From: Escherichia phage UE-S5a
Reading direction: 5' to 3' (one strand)
Sequence record: PP175015.1
DNA length: 64,000 bases
Position numbers and translations under genes: made by a program
Notes under the pieces: model-generated
The model's database searches: none
What the model saw: the letters and a program-made list of their open reading frames with translations, nothing else
Told to the model about the DNA's origin: nothing
Shown here: positions 50,283 to 60,597 of the stretch, one piece after another
Layout: every line of letters begins with the position of its first letter
Position numbering within the stretch: the first letter of the stretch is position 1

Positions 50283-51593
50283 TTAGAAAGTTAGACCACC
50301 GTACTTACTGGCAAGATTGCCATAGAACACTACTCGCTTACGGGCACGAGACACAGCGACGTAAAGCAGACGGGCAACCATATCTGGTTGGCGACAGCTT
50401 GAGAGGTCATTTGCATCAATGAAGATTGTGTCGTAAGTAGAGCCTTGTGATTTATGGACAGTACATGCATGAGTAGCACGCAGGTCTGGAATGGTTTCTT
50501 TAAGACGGAAGTAAGGTTCCCAGTTCTTCTCCTTACCTAACCACTTAACCAAACGGTTGAAGTAGTCTGGGTCAGTAGGTACTGGAACTTCACTTACAAT
50601 GCCACCATAGCCTAGGTCAAGAGTACTATCACGAACTTCCAGTTCCAGGTCACCTGTAACCTTAATCATGCGAGTACTACTATCCTGGTCAATGAGTTTT
50701 ACGTCCTGTTCAATAGATAAACGATTATCCACACCCAAGCGAACAGCAGAGTTAGAAACTAACTGTTCACCGATGGAGTATTCACCCACATAACCGTTAG
50801 CTTCACGAATGTAGTTATTGTAATTAATAACCTGGTCATTTGTGTAAGCAACAATACGGCTGTTGGTAGGTTGAGTGAAGTGACTGAGAACCAATTTCTC
50901 CATCTCTTCCTCCTGTACCCAGTCAATGATACCTGGGATACATTTAATTGGCAGGAAGCCTGTCTTACCTTCCACCGTATCACGCAATTGCTGGTGCAAT
51001 ACTTTAAGTTCCGGTGCATCAGTACGCATCTGTTCAGTCAGATAGTGTGTTGGGATATTACCTGCGTATACCGGAGACTTATTCTCTTTAACAGGCAAAA
51101 GCTGAGAAGCATCACCTACAAATACCAGTTTGCACTGGTGAGTACCTTCACGAGCATACTTAAGTAACTGACGGTCAATCATGGATGCTTCGTCTACGAA
51201 GATGATTTTGTTCTTCTTAATATTGAATGATTTAGATGGTACGACATTAGCCTCGCCAGTCTTAAAATCATTCTTAACAATCAGACCCTGGAAGGAGTGA
51301 TAGGTAGATGTTGGACGTCCTGTAGCTTGAGCCAGAACTTCAGCAGCTTTGTTCGTGGTCGCAGTCATGACGACTTCGTTATACAGGGGCTTGGTTCCCA
51401 TGAGAGAACAAGTTTCCATGTATGCAGGCATAGTGTCATCAATGAGGTGCGACATCAGGAATGTCTTACCAGTACCACCTGGGCCTGAAATTCCAAATTC
51501 GGTAGCATTAGGGTCGAGCAGGAAGTCGAAGAACTCCTTCGCAACCGCTTCTTGCCCCTTGTTCAGTGGGGCTTTGGTAGGTTTGGAAAACAT
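50283..51593 (-). CDS. SF1 DNA helicase (RecD/Pif1-like)
   Basis: 436 aa; Walker A GPGGTGKT, Walker B FVDEASM, motif TVHKSQGSTYD. Confidence 0.75.
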   Translation of the reverse strand: MFSKPTKAPLNKGQEAVAKEFFDFLLDPNATEFGISGPGGTGKTFLMSHLIDDTMPAYMETCSLMGTKPLYNEVVMTATTNKAAEVLAQATGRPTSTYHSFQGLIVKNDFKTGEANVVPSKSFNIKKNKIIFVDEASMIDRQLLKYAREGTHQCKLVFVGDASQLLPVKENKSPVYAGNIPTHYLTEQMRTDAPELKVLHQQLRDTVEGKTGFLPIKCIPGIIDWVQEEEMEKLVLSHFTQPTNSRIVAYTNDQVINYNNYIREANGYVGEYSIGEQLVSNSAVRLGVDNRLSIEQDVKLIDQDSSTRMIKVTGDLELEVRDSTLDLGYGGIVSEVPVPTDPDYFNRLVKWLGKEKNWEPYFRLKETIPDLRATHACTVHKSQGSTYDTIFIDANDLSSCRQPDMVARLLYVAVSRARKRVVFYGNLASKYGGLTF

Positions 51594-51626
51594 TAAAATC
51601 TCCAGTAAAAAACCCTCCGTAGAGGG

Positions 51627-52094
51627 TTAGATGTAAGGGGTTAAATCCGGGGGAGTGTAGTCTTTCCCCTTCATGACTTTCTTATTCTCATTGAAGACAG
51701 GTTCCCCATCTTCAAACTTAGAATAGTTAGAGCGATTGACTTCATTCAATGCTCCAGGGACATTCATCCCAAGGAAAGTACCGACGCCGGTTGCTGTAAC
51801 AATCTGGTCAGCAAGACTATCAAGGATAGCTAAACGATGGCTGTTCGGTGCATATACCTCTTTGTCATCTTTTTTCATTAAATCAGACAATTCGGTTAAT
51901 GCTGCAATGGCATTGTGAAGAATATCGTAAGCATCTTCTGAGTTAGCGTATAACTCGTCTAGCATCTCTACTACTTCTTCCAGATGACAACCAATCTGGG
52001 TACTAATATTCTTACTCGTCGGATTTGGTACTGCTTTCCGGAACCAGGCTTCCGTATTTGCCAGCGTACAAACGGATGAACTTGTCATGCTCAC
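51627..52094 (-). CDS. hypothetical protein (possible MazG-like NTP pyrophosphohydrolase)
   Basis: 155 aa; helical acidic HLEEVVEMLDEL segment; overlaps upstream gene by 83 nt. Confidence 0.3.
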   Translation of the reverse strand: MSMTSSSVCTLANTEAWFRKAVPNPTSKNISTQIGCHLEEVVEMLDELYANSEDAYDILHNAIAALTELSDLMKKDDKEVYAPNSHRLAILDSLADQIVTATGVGTFLGMNVPGALNEVNRSNYSKFEDGEPVFNENKKVMKGKDYTPPDLTPYI

Positions 52095-52407
52095 TCTCTT
52101 GGTTAAGGTGGCGATTATTATATGCCTCCAGAATTAAGTCTCTTACGTATGAGCGAATCTCATAAGCAGGACCAACTTGTTCTGATAGCCAATCAGCCAC
52201 ATGGGTTGGTAAAGGACGTAATACGTTTTCCATGAATGTCCGACGTGTGTCGGCTGGTTCAATGTTTAAAGAACGCAATCGCAAAGTAACCGTAGTGGGG
52301 TGAACCCCCAACGTCTTAGCGATAGTTGCGAGGGATAGCCCAACAGCATTCATACGAATGATGTCTTCATCAGTTGCTTTGCGATTACTTCTGAATACTT
52401 TACTCAT
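52012..52407 (-). CDS. helix-turn-helix DNA-binding protein
   Basis: ORF 52012..52437; ATG 52407 with AGAGGAA RBS; HTH-like LSLATIAKTLGVHPTTVTLRL. Confidence 0.4.
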   Translation of the reverse strand: MSKVFRSNRKATDEDIIRMNAVGLSLATIAKTLGVHPTTVTLRLRSLNIEPADTRRTFMENVLRPLPTHVADWLSEQVGPAYEIRSYVRDLILEAYNNRHLNQESEHDKFIRLYAGKYGSLVPESSTKSDE

Positions 52408-52469
52408 AGTACAATTCCTCTTCAAATTTACCCTCACTTTATTACAAGTGAGGGCATTTGAACAGGCTA

Positions 52470-54530
52470 TTACTTAACTGCTTTAACCAGCTTGGTAGCT
52501 AATTTAGCTTCTTCTTCAGTCAGACCCATTGCAGTGAATGACTTCTTAGCATGACGTTTATAGTCTTGCAGAGCATGGCCTTTCTGATAGTCAGAATATG
52601 ACGTATCGTTCAGGATGCTACGCAGATTATCAACGTGTTTACCAGAAGGAGCTACTTTAGAAGCAGCAGCAGAACGTGTAGGTTTAACTGTCTTATCCTG
52701 CTTAACAGCTTTAGGTTTACCAATAGGCTTAATTGTATAGGTAGCACGTACATCAGCAATCTTAGCTACCACGTCACTACCTACATCAAATGCAGCCCAA
52801 GGCTTACGAGCTTTGGAACGCAGTTCTACCAGAAGGTCAGCAGCAGCTAACTTATCTTCTGGTGTTGTTGCATTAAGGAACTCTTTAACCAGTTCCTGGA
52901 TTTGTTCTTTCACAGTAGGAGCCTTCTTAATAACGGGTTTAAGGTCAGTAGCCTTCACTGGTTCAGCAGCTACAGCTTCATTCAGTGACTCTTCCATGTC
53001 CAGTGCTTCTTTGCTAGCAACTGTACGGAATTGTTCTACAGAACCAGATGTGAGATTGGTGTATTTGAGGTTAGTACCACGATGTCCACCAACCATAATA
53101 AGTGTGGTAGGTGAACTATGGTTCCCAACGATGGCATCATTAAGTAGTTTCTTACCTACTTCAGTTTTAGACAAATAGATACCACTGTTAACGTTATTAC
53201 GTTCCTCTTCCGGCAGTTCAGCAATAATGTGATACGCAGATACACGCATCTTATTAGTGCTGTACTGAGGAACAGCAAATACATCTTCTGGTGCTACTTT
53301 ACCAAGGATAGTTACGTTACCACCGAAGCTACGAATATAGCTCATGGATGCTACATGCAGACCGTTAGAACAGTCCTGACGACGGTCAGGATCTACCAGG
53401 TCTTCCCGTACCTGCACTTTACAGCCTACCCACTGTTTGATGTTACCTGAGTGACAGTCAACGAATACACGTTTACCATCTTCTTTCCCTTTATACTGAA
53501 GGCGTTTAAGGAACAGGATTGAACCATCATCAGCGATAGGCAATTCAGCAGTTTCCATGAACTTCATCAGGTCTTCTACTGAGTGCAGACGGTCTTTAAT
53601 AACCGGAGCCAGACGCTCAAGGAACTTAGTGAAGCCCTTGTAGTCTTTCAACTTGGCAGACTGACGTAAGTGACGTTGCAGGTTCTCAACTCCAGGGATA
53701 ACCCCATCGTTGGTAACAGCAACAACCACTTCATCTTCCTTCACATCAGTGTGAAAGTTAGCGTTATCAGTACTAATAGCACCTAATGCAGCTAATTTCT
53801 CGGATGCAGCAGCCAGCTTATCCTGGTTCGTAGTTTTAGCTACTTCAATGTAAGGTGGTGGGGTATGTTTACGGCTGGTAAATACAATATGTACACCTTT
53901 GATATGCTTGGCTTGTTTAGCAAACTCACCCATTTCATCATCGGATACTGCACGAACTGCAACAGGCCATTCCTGTCTGAGCATGGTGTTGGTTTGTTCA
54001 TACCCCCAACCCATTACGTCGTTAATAAAACGAACCAGTGCAGGATAGTTATGGTCCTTATCCCAGCCAGTAATCCACATCAGATTGTCACGTCTGTCGT
54101 AGCAACCATCTGATACTGTTACTTCTGGTTCATTAGCTTGTACAGCCAGGAATGTATCCATAGCTTTAGATACTAATGTCTTGGTGGGATTGCCTAGCTT
54201 AATATCAGAAACGGCTTGGGTAGGTTGAACATCTGTACCATCCTGGAAGAACTCTTTGAGTTTAGCTTTAGCTACCTTGAAGAAACGGACGAATCCATTA
54301 GTGTTCTTCTCTGCTTCCAGATACTCATTACGCAGTGATACTTCTGGTGCAATGTTTACTTCTATCAGGTCTTTGGTAATTCCCAAGCCTTTGGTTTGTG
54401 CTTCAGATACGATACGAGCAACCCGTGGGTCGCTCTGTGGATATACAATTGTGGAGCCATCAGGCTTCCACAATGTTAAGTTTCGACTGTCAACTGCCAG
54501 TGCGATGATAGAAATCAGTTCGATTTTCAT
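52470..54530 (-). CDS. hypothetical protein (possible rIIB-like partner of rIIA)
   Basis: 686 aa, directly downstream of rIIA-like gene; Lys-rich C-terminus; identity by position only. Confidence 0.3.
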   Translation of the reverse strand: MKIELISIIALAVDSRNLTLWKPDGSTIVYPQSDPRVARIVSEAQTKGLGITKDLIEVNIAPEVSLRNEYLEAEKNTNGFVRFFKVAKAKLKEFFQDGTDVQPTQAVSDIKLGNPTKTLVSKAMDTFLAVQANEPEVTVSDGCYDRRDNLMWITGWDKDHNYPALVRFINDVMGWGYEQTNTMLRQEWPVAVRAVSDDEMGEFAKQAKHIKGVHIVFTSRKHTPPPYIEVAKTTNQDKLAAASEKLAALGAISTDNANFHTDVKEDEVVVAVTNDGVIPGVENLQRHLRQSAKLKDYKGFTKFLERLAPVIKDRLHSVEDLMKFMETAELPIADDGSILFLKRLQYKGKEDGKRVFVDCHSGNIKQWVGCKVQVREDLVDPDRRQDCSNGLHVASMSYIRSFGGNVTILGKVAPEDVFAVPQYSTNKMRVSAYHIIAELPEEERNNVNSGIYLSKTEVGKKLLNDAIVGNHSSPTTLIMVGGHRGTNLKYTNLTSGSVEQFRTVASKEALDMEESLNEAVAAEPVKATDLKPVIKKAPTVKEQIQELVKEFLNATTPEDKLAAADLLVELRSKARKPWAAFDVGSDVVAKIADVRATYTIKPIGKPKAVKQDKTVKPTRSAAASKVAPSGKHVDNLRSILNDTSYSDYQKGHALQDYKRHAKKSFTAMGLTEEEAKLATKLVKAVK

Positions 54531-54534
54531 CAGA

Positions 54535-57102
54535 TTAGTTACCTTTCAGTTTATTTAGACGATTACGGTAGAGGGACTTAAACCCAGGAATATCCTCTGG
54601 ATTTTTCTTGAGGTGTTTAACTAAACTCCCCAAGTCCAGACTCTGTAGTATGTCACCAGCACTCCAGCTATAGCTGAATAACCCCTTGTACTGATTAAGT
54701 ATTTCAAAGTACTTATGATTACGCGGATTAACCATCATTGTATATGGCTCTAAGTCATCAACTGACTTAATACAACCCATTTCAACAAGTTTTTCTTTGT
54801 TGTTATGTGGTCGATTCCGTAGAAAGTCATATGCCCATTCATACTCTGGTTTAAAAATCAGATTCTGTAATGGTTTGAATGTTAGACCAAGAATATCGAG
54901 GATTTCCCAGTATTCCCTGTCATCTAATCCTACATATTCCAGAATACCAATACGGTGTTCAGTAACATATTTCTTGAAGCCTTTGCTGGTAATAACTGGC
55001 ATCAGCTCCATAAAACGAACGTCATCAATGTGAATAGCACCACGTCGTTTAGCTTTGTTAGCTTCAATTTGATTGCGACAGACAACAGTCTCTGCTTTCA
55101 TCTCGTCAGATAACTCATACCATTTCCACATGGTTCCAATCCGAGCAGTTACAGGACTACCAGAACTAACCTGATTGGCTAGTACGTAGTACTTAGGCTG
55201 TTCCACTTCAACGAAACCGTACTTCTCATGGAAGCTTGGGTCAGTAAAATCCTTGTCAATGTACGGCTTAGAATCCCAATCCCCACTTTTATTTCGTACA
55301 GGAGTAGTACCGAGAACTGCATTCAACGAAATCAGAGCATTAGTTTTACCCCCTGCTTTGGTTTTATTGGCAGCTATCGTCTTAGCTCGTTTCTCAGCAG
55401 CTATCTTAGCTTGTTCTCTGCGGTAGTTAGTTGGTTTGTCCCACTCATTATATTGAGTGAGGTCAATTACCCGATAACCCATAGCAGTGAACTTAGCTAC
55501 AGCTTCTTCTGCTGCACCCTTTTTAGGACTAACGACGTGAACAAAAGCTGTACGCTCCAGGTCACCTCGGTTGTACTCAGGGAAGTATGAGAAAGAGTCT
55601 GCACAGTCAGATAAACGTCGAGTAACTACAACGTTCTTGGTAGTGAATATACCAATACTCTGGTGGGAGTTATGGTACATCTTAAAGTAGTCAGTAAGTT
55701 TGCCTTTTATCAGGTCTACAAAGTTACCCTGGTTCATTATGTAACCAGACCATTTAATGCCAGTAGCTTTTAAATCAGCAAGCTGAGGTAAGTGCAGATG
55801 ACGATATACTAATTCCTGGAATGAGGAATATGTATTTGCTTCACGAGTATCCTTAAGGGCACGCATAGCCTTACCATACAACTTCTTAAGACCTGCATAT
55901 TCGGGACGAGCTAGTAATGCTTTGTTAGATAAGTTACGCCAGTGCTTGATGTGATGCTTACGTTGCTTAGCCCATAAACTAGAGGACATATAACTTTGAA
56001 CAATTGGGTCTGTAACAGCAAGTAGGAAAGATGGATACTCCCAAAAGCGAGTAGAGGATTTAGAGGCGTATTCTTCAACCTGCTTAATAGCTTCAGGAAT
56101 TTTAGCCCTAATCTCTTTCTCCATACGGTCTACTAAATCTACACACAGAGTAGTAATACCATCGTCAGTTAACTTCTGGTTAGACAGTGTTTCTCGACTA
56201 GGAGCAATAGCTAGAGTATCAGGTGCAGCCTGAACCACCAGATTAGAAGCACCAATGATATTCATAAAGTTGAGGATAAGACCTACAGCCTCTTCACTAG
56301 CTGGGCTGGATACAATTGGGTACATTACGTTACCGTAACGAACGAATATGTTACTGTTACCCATATAGCCTTGATACCATCTATCAGACATATCGTATGA
56401 ACCAGGTTCAAATGACATTCCTAGTGTATTCAGTAGAGTGTAGTCACCTTGCTGAATACTATTACCTTCTTCTGTTTTAACGAGTTTAGGGATACTAAGT
56501 TCAGCTTTAATCTCACCGTTAAATACTATTGATGTGATGTAATGTACAAAGGTATTTAAATCATGCTTGCCTAACTGGAATTTAACTTCCAGCCCAGATT
56601 CCTCAGTAGGAATATTAGTAACAATAGGAACAATGCCTGGTTTACCGTCATTCTCAATCGCAGCTTTAGCTACGTTATATACCGACATCTTTCCCTGGTT
56701 CCATGAAGTAACCTGGAAGCTATCTGTATAAGCGAACGGGGATTTACATCCCAGACCAAAACCACCAGTAACACTACTGTTGGCTTTCTTAGTAGATGCA
56801 CCATAGACACCATAAATGGAACCAATGAGTTCATCGGGGATGCCATTACCAAAGTCACGGAAGGTAATAAAGTTGTCTGTATCAATAGTGATACGAATAG
56901 GGGTATCAGTCTTACCTGCTTCAATATGAGCATCCCAACTGTTACAGATAGTCTCACGGACTACTGCCAGAGTAGGATTGTTATATAAGGAAGTACTTAA
57001 TACATGGAAGAATGCCGGGTCATCAGAGATGCCAAAGGCAATTGTTTCTTTGCCACCCAGTGTCGCTGAGGTAGCTACTTCATTGGTATCTGCAACTAAC
57101 AT
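54535..57102 (-). CDS. rIIA: rIIA-like protein with GHKL-type ATPase domain
   Basis: 855 aa; N-terminal motifs ETICNSWDA, RDFGNGIPDE, GGFGLGCKS resembling the histidine-kinase-like ATPase fold. Confidence 0.55.
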   Translation of the reverse strand: MLVADTNEVATSATLGGKETIAFGISDDPAFFHVLSTSLYNNPTLAVVRETICNSWDAHIEAGKTDTPIRITIDTDNFITFRDFGNGIPDELIGSIYGVYGASTKKANSSVTGGFGLGCKSPFAYTDSFQVTSWNQGKMSVYNVAKAAIENDGKPGIVPIVTNIPTEESGLEVKFQLGKHDLNTFVHYITSIVFNGEIKAELSIPKLVKTEEGNSIQQGDYTLLNTLGMSFEPGSYDMSDRWYQGYMGNSNIFVRYGNVMYPIVSSPASEEAVGLILNFMNIIGASNLVVQAAPDTLAIAPSRETLSNQKLTDDGITTLCVDLVDRMEKEIRAKIPEAIKQVEEYASKSSTRFWEYPSFLLAVTDPIVQSYMSSSLWAKQRKHHIKHWRNLSNKALLARPEYAGLKKLYGKAMRALKDTREANTYSSFQELVYRHLHLPQLADLKATGIKWSGYIMNQGNFVDLIKGKLTDYFKMYHNSHQSIGIFTTKNVVVTRRLSDCADSFSYFPEYNRGDLERTAFVHVVSPKKGAAEEAVAKFTAMGYRVIDLTQYNEWDKPTNYRREQAKIAAEKRAKTIAANKTKAGGKTNALISLNAVLGTTPVRNKSGDWDSKPYIDKDFTDPSFHEKYGFVEVEQPKYYVLANQVSSGSPVTARIGTMWKWYELSDEMKAETVVCRNQIEANKAKRRGAIHIDDVRFMELMPVITSKGFKKYVTEHRIGILEYVGLDDREYWEILDILGLTFKPLQNLIFKPEYEWAYDFLRNRPHNNKEKLVEMGCIKSVDDLEPYTMMVNPRNHKYFEILNQYKGLFSYSWSAGDILQSLDLGSLVKHLKKNPEDIPGFKSLYRNRLNKLKGN

Positions 57103-57145
57103 TTATTTACTCTCCAGATTAAATGTTGCTTCTTGGTTATGACTA

Positions 57146-57340
57146 TTAAGAATCTAATGCTGATTTACAGGCTTCAAAGATTACTTTACGTAATTCCCGT
57201 TCTTTTTCCGGTTCCTCGTGGGGACTGTAACCAAAGGGACTGTTTTGCATAAAACTAGCCAGAATTAGTAAATCTTCTTCAGATAGACCATCAATAGCGA
57301 TGGAGTATTGGTTTTTGCTTTTTACTGTAGCGTTAGCCAT
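57146..57340 (-). CDS. hypothetical small protein
   Basis: ORF 57146..57370; internal ATG 57340 more likely. Confidence 0.3.
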   Translation of the reverse strand: MANATVKSKNQYSIAIDGLSEEDLLILASFMQNSPFGYSPHEEPEKERELRKVIFEACKSALDS

Positions 57341-57647
57341 TTCGTTTCTCCGCCATTGCTTGTAGTACAAATACTACAGCATCTGAAATTTGGTCATCGG
57401 TTGGTTCAACTAATTGACCATTCTCATCATACATTTCTTTCAGAAGTGCATTCAGTTCAGCCATACCAGCCAATACCATTTCCTTACTTGGTTCCAGCCA
57501 TAACTTACGTTCCTCTGCCAATGCAGCAATGCACATACACAGGGACGCAATATTTGCTGGGCAAGCAGCAATATCACCAGTTACCACAATTTCACTAAGT
57601 GGAACAGCTTTACCGGTTTTACTATGAATAACTTCAGGATTAATCAT
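57333..57647 (-). CDS. hypothetical protein
   Basis: ORF 57333..57695; start uncertain. Confidence 0.35.
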   Translation of the reverse strand: MINPEVIHSKTGKAVPLSEIVVTGDIAACPANIASLCMCIAALAEERKLWLEPSKEMVLAGMAELNALLKEMYDENGQLVEPTDDQISDAVVFVLQAMAEKRNG

Positions 57648-57852
57648 GGATTTGCTCCAGGTTATGAGCAGGAATAGGGAAGCATGGATAGTCACCGGTA
57701 GGGTCCAGTGTTACTGATACATGCAGTGTATTTGTCATTTGGGTTAACATCAGAGCAGCATTGAAATCGTCCTGGATACAGGCATATACAATGTCACCCT
57801 TCTCTCCCTCACACATTACAGGTGTGTCTTTGATACGGTATTTAGCAGGCAT
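57640..57852 (-). CDS. hypothetical small protein
   Basis: ORF 57640..57882; ATG 57852 has GGAGG RBS 4-5 nt upstream and lies just downstream of a terminator. Confidence 0.4.
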   Translation of the reverse strand: MPAKYRIKDTPVMCEGEKGDIVYACIQDDFNAALMLTQMTNTLHVSVTLDPTGDYPCFPIPAHNLEQIHD

Positions 57853-57880
57853 ATGCCCTCCTAAAAGAGTTAATAGAATC

Positions 57881-57906
57881 AAAAAAAGACCTCCCGGAGG
57901 AGGTCT
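57881..57906 (-). terminator. rho-independent terminator (minus strand)
   Basis: AGACCTCC-cgga-GGAGGTCT 8-bp stem followed on minus strand by TTTTTTTGATT. Confidence 0.65.
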
Positions 57907-57911
57907 TAGGT

Positions 57912-58151
57912 TTACTTACGACTTCCTTCTACGAAAAGTCGTATTTGTTTTTTCACTTCTTCTTTCTCACGTATTGCTTCGTAGTCACGAGCAAAGTAGT
58001 AAACACACCATAATCCAATTTCACTTACAAAGAACAGAATACTAGCTCGAATGAACTGCATATCTGTTTCTACTACAAAGGCAACTTTGTATGCGTAGGT
58101 AAGTGTTAATAGGGTACTAATTAGCATTGCGTACAGAGCTAGTTTTTTCAT
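57912..58151 (-). CDS. small membrane protein (two predicted TM segments)
   Basis: 79 aa; hydrophobic LALYAMLISTLLTLTYAY and ILFFVSEIGLWCVYYF segments. Confidence 0.4.
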   Translation of the reverse strand: MKKLALYAMLISTLLTLTYAYKVAFVVETDMQFIRASILFFVSEIGLWCVYYFARDYEAIREKEEVKKQIRLFVEGSRK

Positions 58152-59092
58152 TCAGTAATAGTCTCACCAGGAATTAACTTACGGAATTGGATAAAGTGAA
58201 GCAGGTTACCTGAGTACAGATTCCCTTCTTTATCCATGGATGTAACACCTTGTTCCCATGTAACTGGGTTCATGTTATTTACATACTTCTCACCAAGGTT
58301 CATAGGTGTAGCCTGATGTTCCGTTGGGGAAGCATGAATAGGTTGGTTTTCCACTAACTTAGCGAATAAGCCAAGGTCTTCCTCGATAGTAGATGGTCGT
58401 CCTTCGAAGTTGTTATAGGAAGCACGAGCACAGCGTGCAGCACTTACTTTGAGAAGTAGTCCATGCACTTCTGCATCACTTGGTTCATCGCGTGTAACTC
58501 GATTGCGTTTGCAGAAATTGTAAGCCCCAACACGGTCAATATGAGCAATATATGGCAGATGCCATTGCCCATATGGTAATGCTCTCGGTGTACTTTCTTC
58601 CTGTGCCTTACGCATTGCTTGAGCCAGTTCACGAATCTCTGGTTGTGCATCTTTGTGGTCACGCAGTCCATAGAAATTAGCCCAGCTGGTTGAAGTTACC
58701 ACTACACGAATATGCGTGAATGGTTCCAGAATACGGTTAACAATCTGCTTATGTACTTGCCCACGTCGTAGCTGTTCTGCATACACAGCAGCAGCAGATG
58801 CAGCGTTATCCCAGATAAACTTAGCATCCTCAATCTCCATAGGAGTGAGTTCTTCTTCTGCTTGCATACCTTTCTGGTTCTTGCCCCAGTGACTAGGCAT
58901 CACTGGTTCATTACGAACTTGTTCGATGAACTTAGCCGTGGGAATAGCACGACTGCTTGAGGCATTACGGTTGAATACACGGTGGGTCATAAACTCACTG
59001 TGAATGAATCGGGGATAAACCAATTCAAAGGTAGTAATACGAGTTCCTGTTTCTGGGTGAACGGAATCTGCAATGACAGTTGCCTTAATCAT
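58148..59092 (-). CDS. ThyX-like flavin-dependent thymidylate synthase
   Basis: 314 aa; THRVFNRNASSSR resembles the ThyX RHR...S motif. Confidence 0.45.
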   Translation of the reverse strand: MIKATVIADSVHPETGTRITTFELVYPRFIHSEFMTHRVFNRNASSSRAIPTAKFIEQVRNEPVMPSHWGKNQKGMQAEEELTPMEIEDAKFIWDNAASAAAVYAEQLRRGQVHKQIVNRILEPFTHIRVVVTSTSWANFYGLRDHKDAQPEIRELAQAMRKAQEESTPRALPYGQWHLPYIAHIDRVGAYNFCKRNRVTRDEPSDAEVHGLLLKVSAARCARASYNNFEGRPSTIEEDLGLFAKLVENQPIHASPTEHQATPMNLGEKYVNNMNPVTWEQGVTSMDKEGNLYSGNLLHFIQFRKLIPGETITE

Positions 59093-59535
59093 TAGAATGA
59101 CCTTAGATAGTTGGTGATACCACTACGGTTTTCTGTAATTTTCTTAACCTGAACATATACCAGCTTAAACTCACTACGGGGTAGTTCTTGTAATACTGCT
59201 ACACCTTCAGTAAGGGCCACAGAACACGCTACAGCGGTTTCTTTTTTAAAGGAGTATAAGTCTTCATACATGAGGGCTTCATACTCCCTGCGGAGCATAC
59301 AGAGAGCATCTCTTGCCTTATCACTTACTTCTTGTGAACCAGCAGACATAGCTAAGCTGTATATGATAAAGATTTGTTCAAAAACAAAGTCCAGTAATCT
59401 ATCAGGATTGTTAGTCCCCATGAATAATTTTGATGTGTAGGAACGGGCTTTACGGTTGAGTTCATACTCATCCTCTATGCCTTTATTGTAAAGAACAGGA
59501 TTTCGTTCCCTTTTCCGTAGGAATGGGATACGCAT
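59092..59535 (-). CDS. hypothetical protein
   Basis: 147-aa ORF translationally coupled to neighbours. Confidence 0.4.
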   Translation of the reverse strand: MRIPFLRKRERNPVLYNKGIEDEYELNRKARSYTSKLFMGTNNPDRLLDFVFEQIFIIYSLAMSAGSQEVSDKARDALCMLRREYEALMYEDLYSFKKETAVACSVALTEGVAVLQELPRSEFKLVYVQVKKITENRSGITNYLRSF

Positions 59536-59924
59536 TAGTATTTACTACCTCTTCTATACCAAGGGTAATGATGGGTAGTGCTCTTGCCTTTGAACACATC
59601 CTTAGTACGAGGATTCTTTTGTATTTGAGCCAGGTAAAGATGCATTTCGTCGTAACACGGACTAAGCCAGAACTTATCTATGATTCGGTCTACCTTAGAT
59701 TTCAGATGAGGTTCTGGTGGAATATATGAAGAAGTATTAAAAGGTTTTCTAGTAGTCCAATTCTTCATAATAATATTTTGCATTACTGCATAAACATCAG
59801 GACCAATTCCATTCTCTTCTACTTGATCATGGATAGTTTTACCCAAAGTAAGCATTGCAGTTTGTTCCAGCTTACTTAAGTCCAGTCCTTGCAGGATAGA
59901 CTTACCATTTTGTCTGCTTGACAT
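59535..59924 (-). CDS. hypothetical protein
   Basis: ORF 59535..60026 trimmed to ATG 59924 because a terminator hairpin occupies 59937-59966. Confidence 0.4.
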   Translation of the reverse strand: MSSRQNGKSILQGLDLSKLEQTAMLTLGKTIHDQVEENGIGPDVYAVMQNIIMKNWTTRKPFNTSSYIPPEPHLKSKVDRIIDKFWLSPCYDEMHLYLAQIQKNPRTKDVFKGKSTTHHYPWYRRGSKY

Positions 59925-59936
59925 AAGAGTACCTGT

Positions 59937-59966
59937 AAATAAAAAAGCCCACGGGTTAGGTGGGCT
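59937..59966 (-). terminator. rho-independent terminator (minus strand)
   Basis: AGCCCAC-gggttag-GTGGGCT stem followed on minus strand by TTTTTTATTT. Confidence 0.6.
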
Positions 59967-60041
59967 TGGGTTAGGAGATGGATAAGCAATGAGCTGGAAG
60001 TAACTTCCGCAAGCACCACTATGCAATGATGCTTAGGTTAG

Positions 60042-60320
60042 TTACTCTGCTTTACTGCCACCATTGGTTTGAACAACAGTTACGTTTGTAACTTGGTTCT
60101 GACCTTTGTTGGACAGTGACCAAATCAGTGCTACTACCCAGAAGACTAAAGACCAGCCTAATACAATATTAAGCACACCAATGCCCCACTTGGAGGCATG
60201 GCCTCGTGCAAAAGCAATGATAGTAGGGATGAGGTATACAGCTAATACAAACAACATAACAAGGATTGCTGCTAAAGATTCCATGATGGTTCCTATGTGA
60301 GGTTGAGTTAGTTTCTTCAC
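60042..60320 (-). CDS. superinfection-immunity-like small membrane protein (Imm family candidate)
   Basis: 92 aa, two TM segments; IIAFARGHASKWGIGVLNIVLGWSLVFWVVALIWSL resembles the Imm_superinfect signature as I recall it. Confidence 0.5.
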   Translation of the reverse strand: MKKLTQPHIGTIMESLAAILVMLFVLAVYLIPTIIAFARGHASKWGIGVLNIVLGWSLVFWVVALIWSLSNKGQNQVTNVTVVQTNGGSKAE

Positions 60321-60357
60321 AAATAGCCCAACTATGCTGGGCTATTTAGGCAGCTAC

Positions 60358-60567
60358 TTACTCAGCATCTTTGCTTGCAGGAGCAAGAGCTTTCTTCAGG
60401 TAATTGCGTACTGAACGATAGGTTTCTTTAGTATCCATAGCACTATCATTTACGAAAGTGATACGTGCACAATCAGACAGCGGAATCTGCTCCACTGCAA
60501 TTACATTTGCAGCATTAATGGTTACACGTACATCTGAGGTTGCATGAGTTACTTGAAATACTGACAT
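60358..60567 (-). CDS. hypothetical small protein
   Basis: 69-aa ORF. Confidence 0.35.
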   Translation of the reverse strand: MSVFQVTHATSDVRVTINAANVIAVEQIPLSDCARITFVNDSAMDTKETYRSVRNYLKKALAPASKDAE

Positions 60568-60597
60568 GTTGTTTCCTTAATTAAGCCGGATAGCCTT

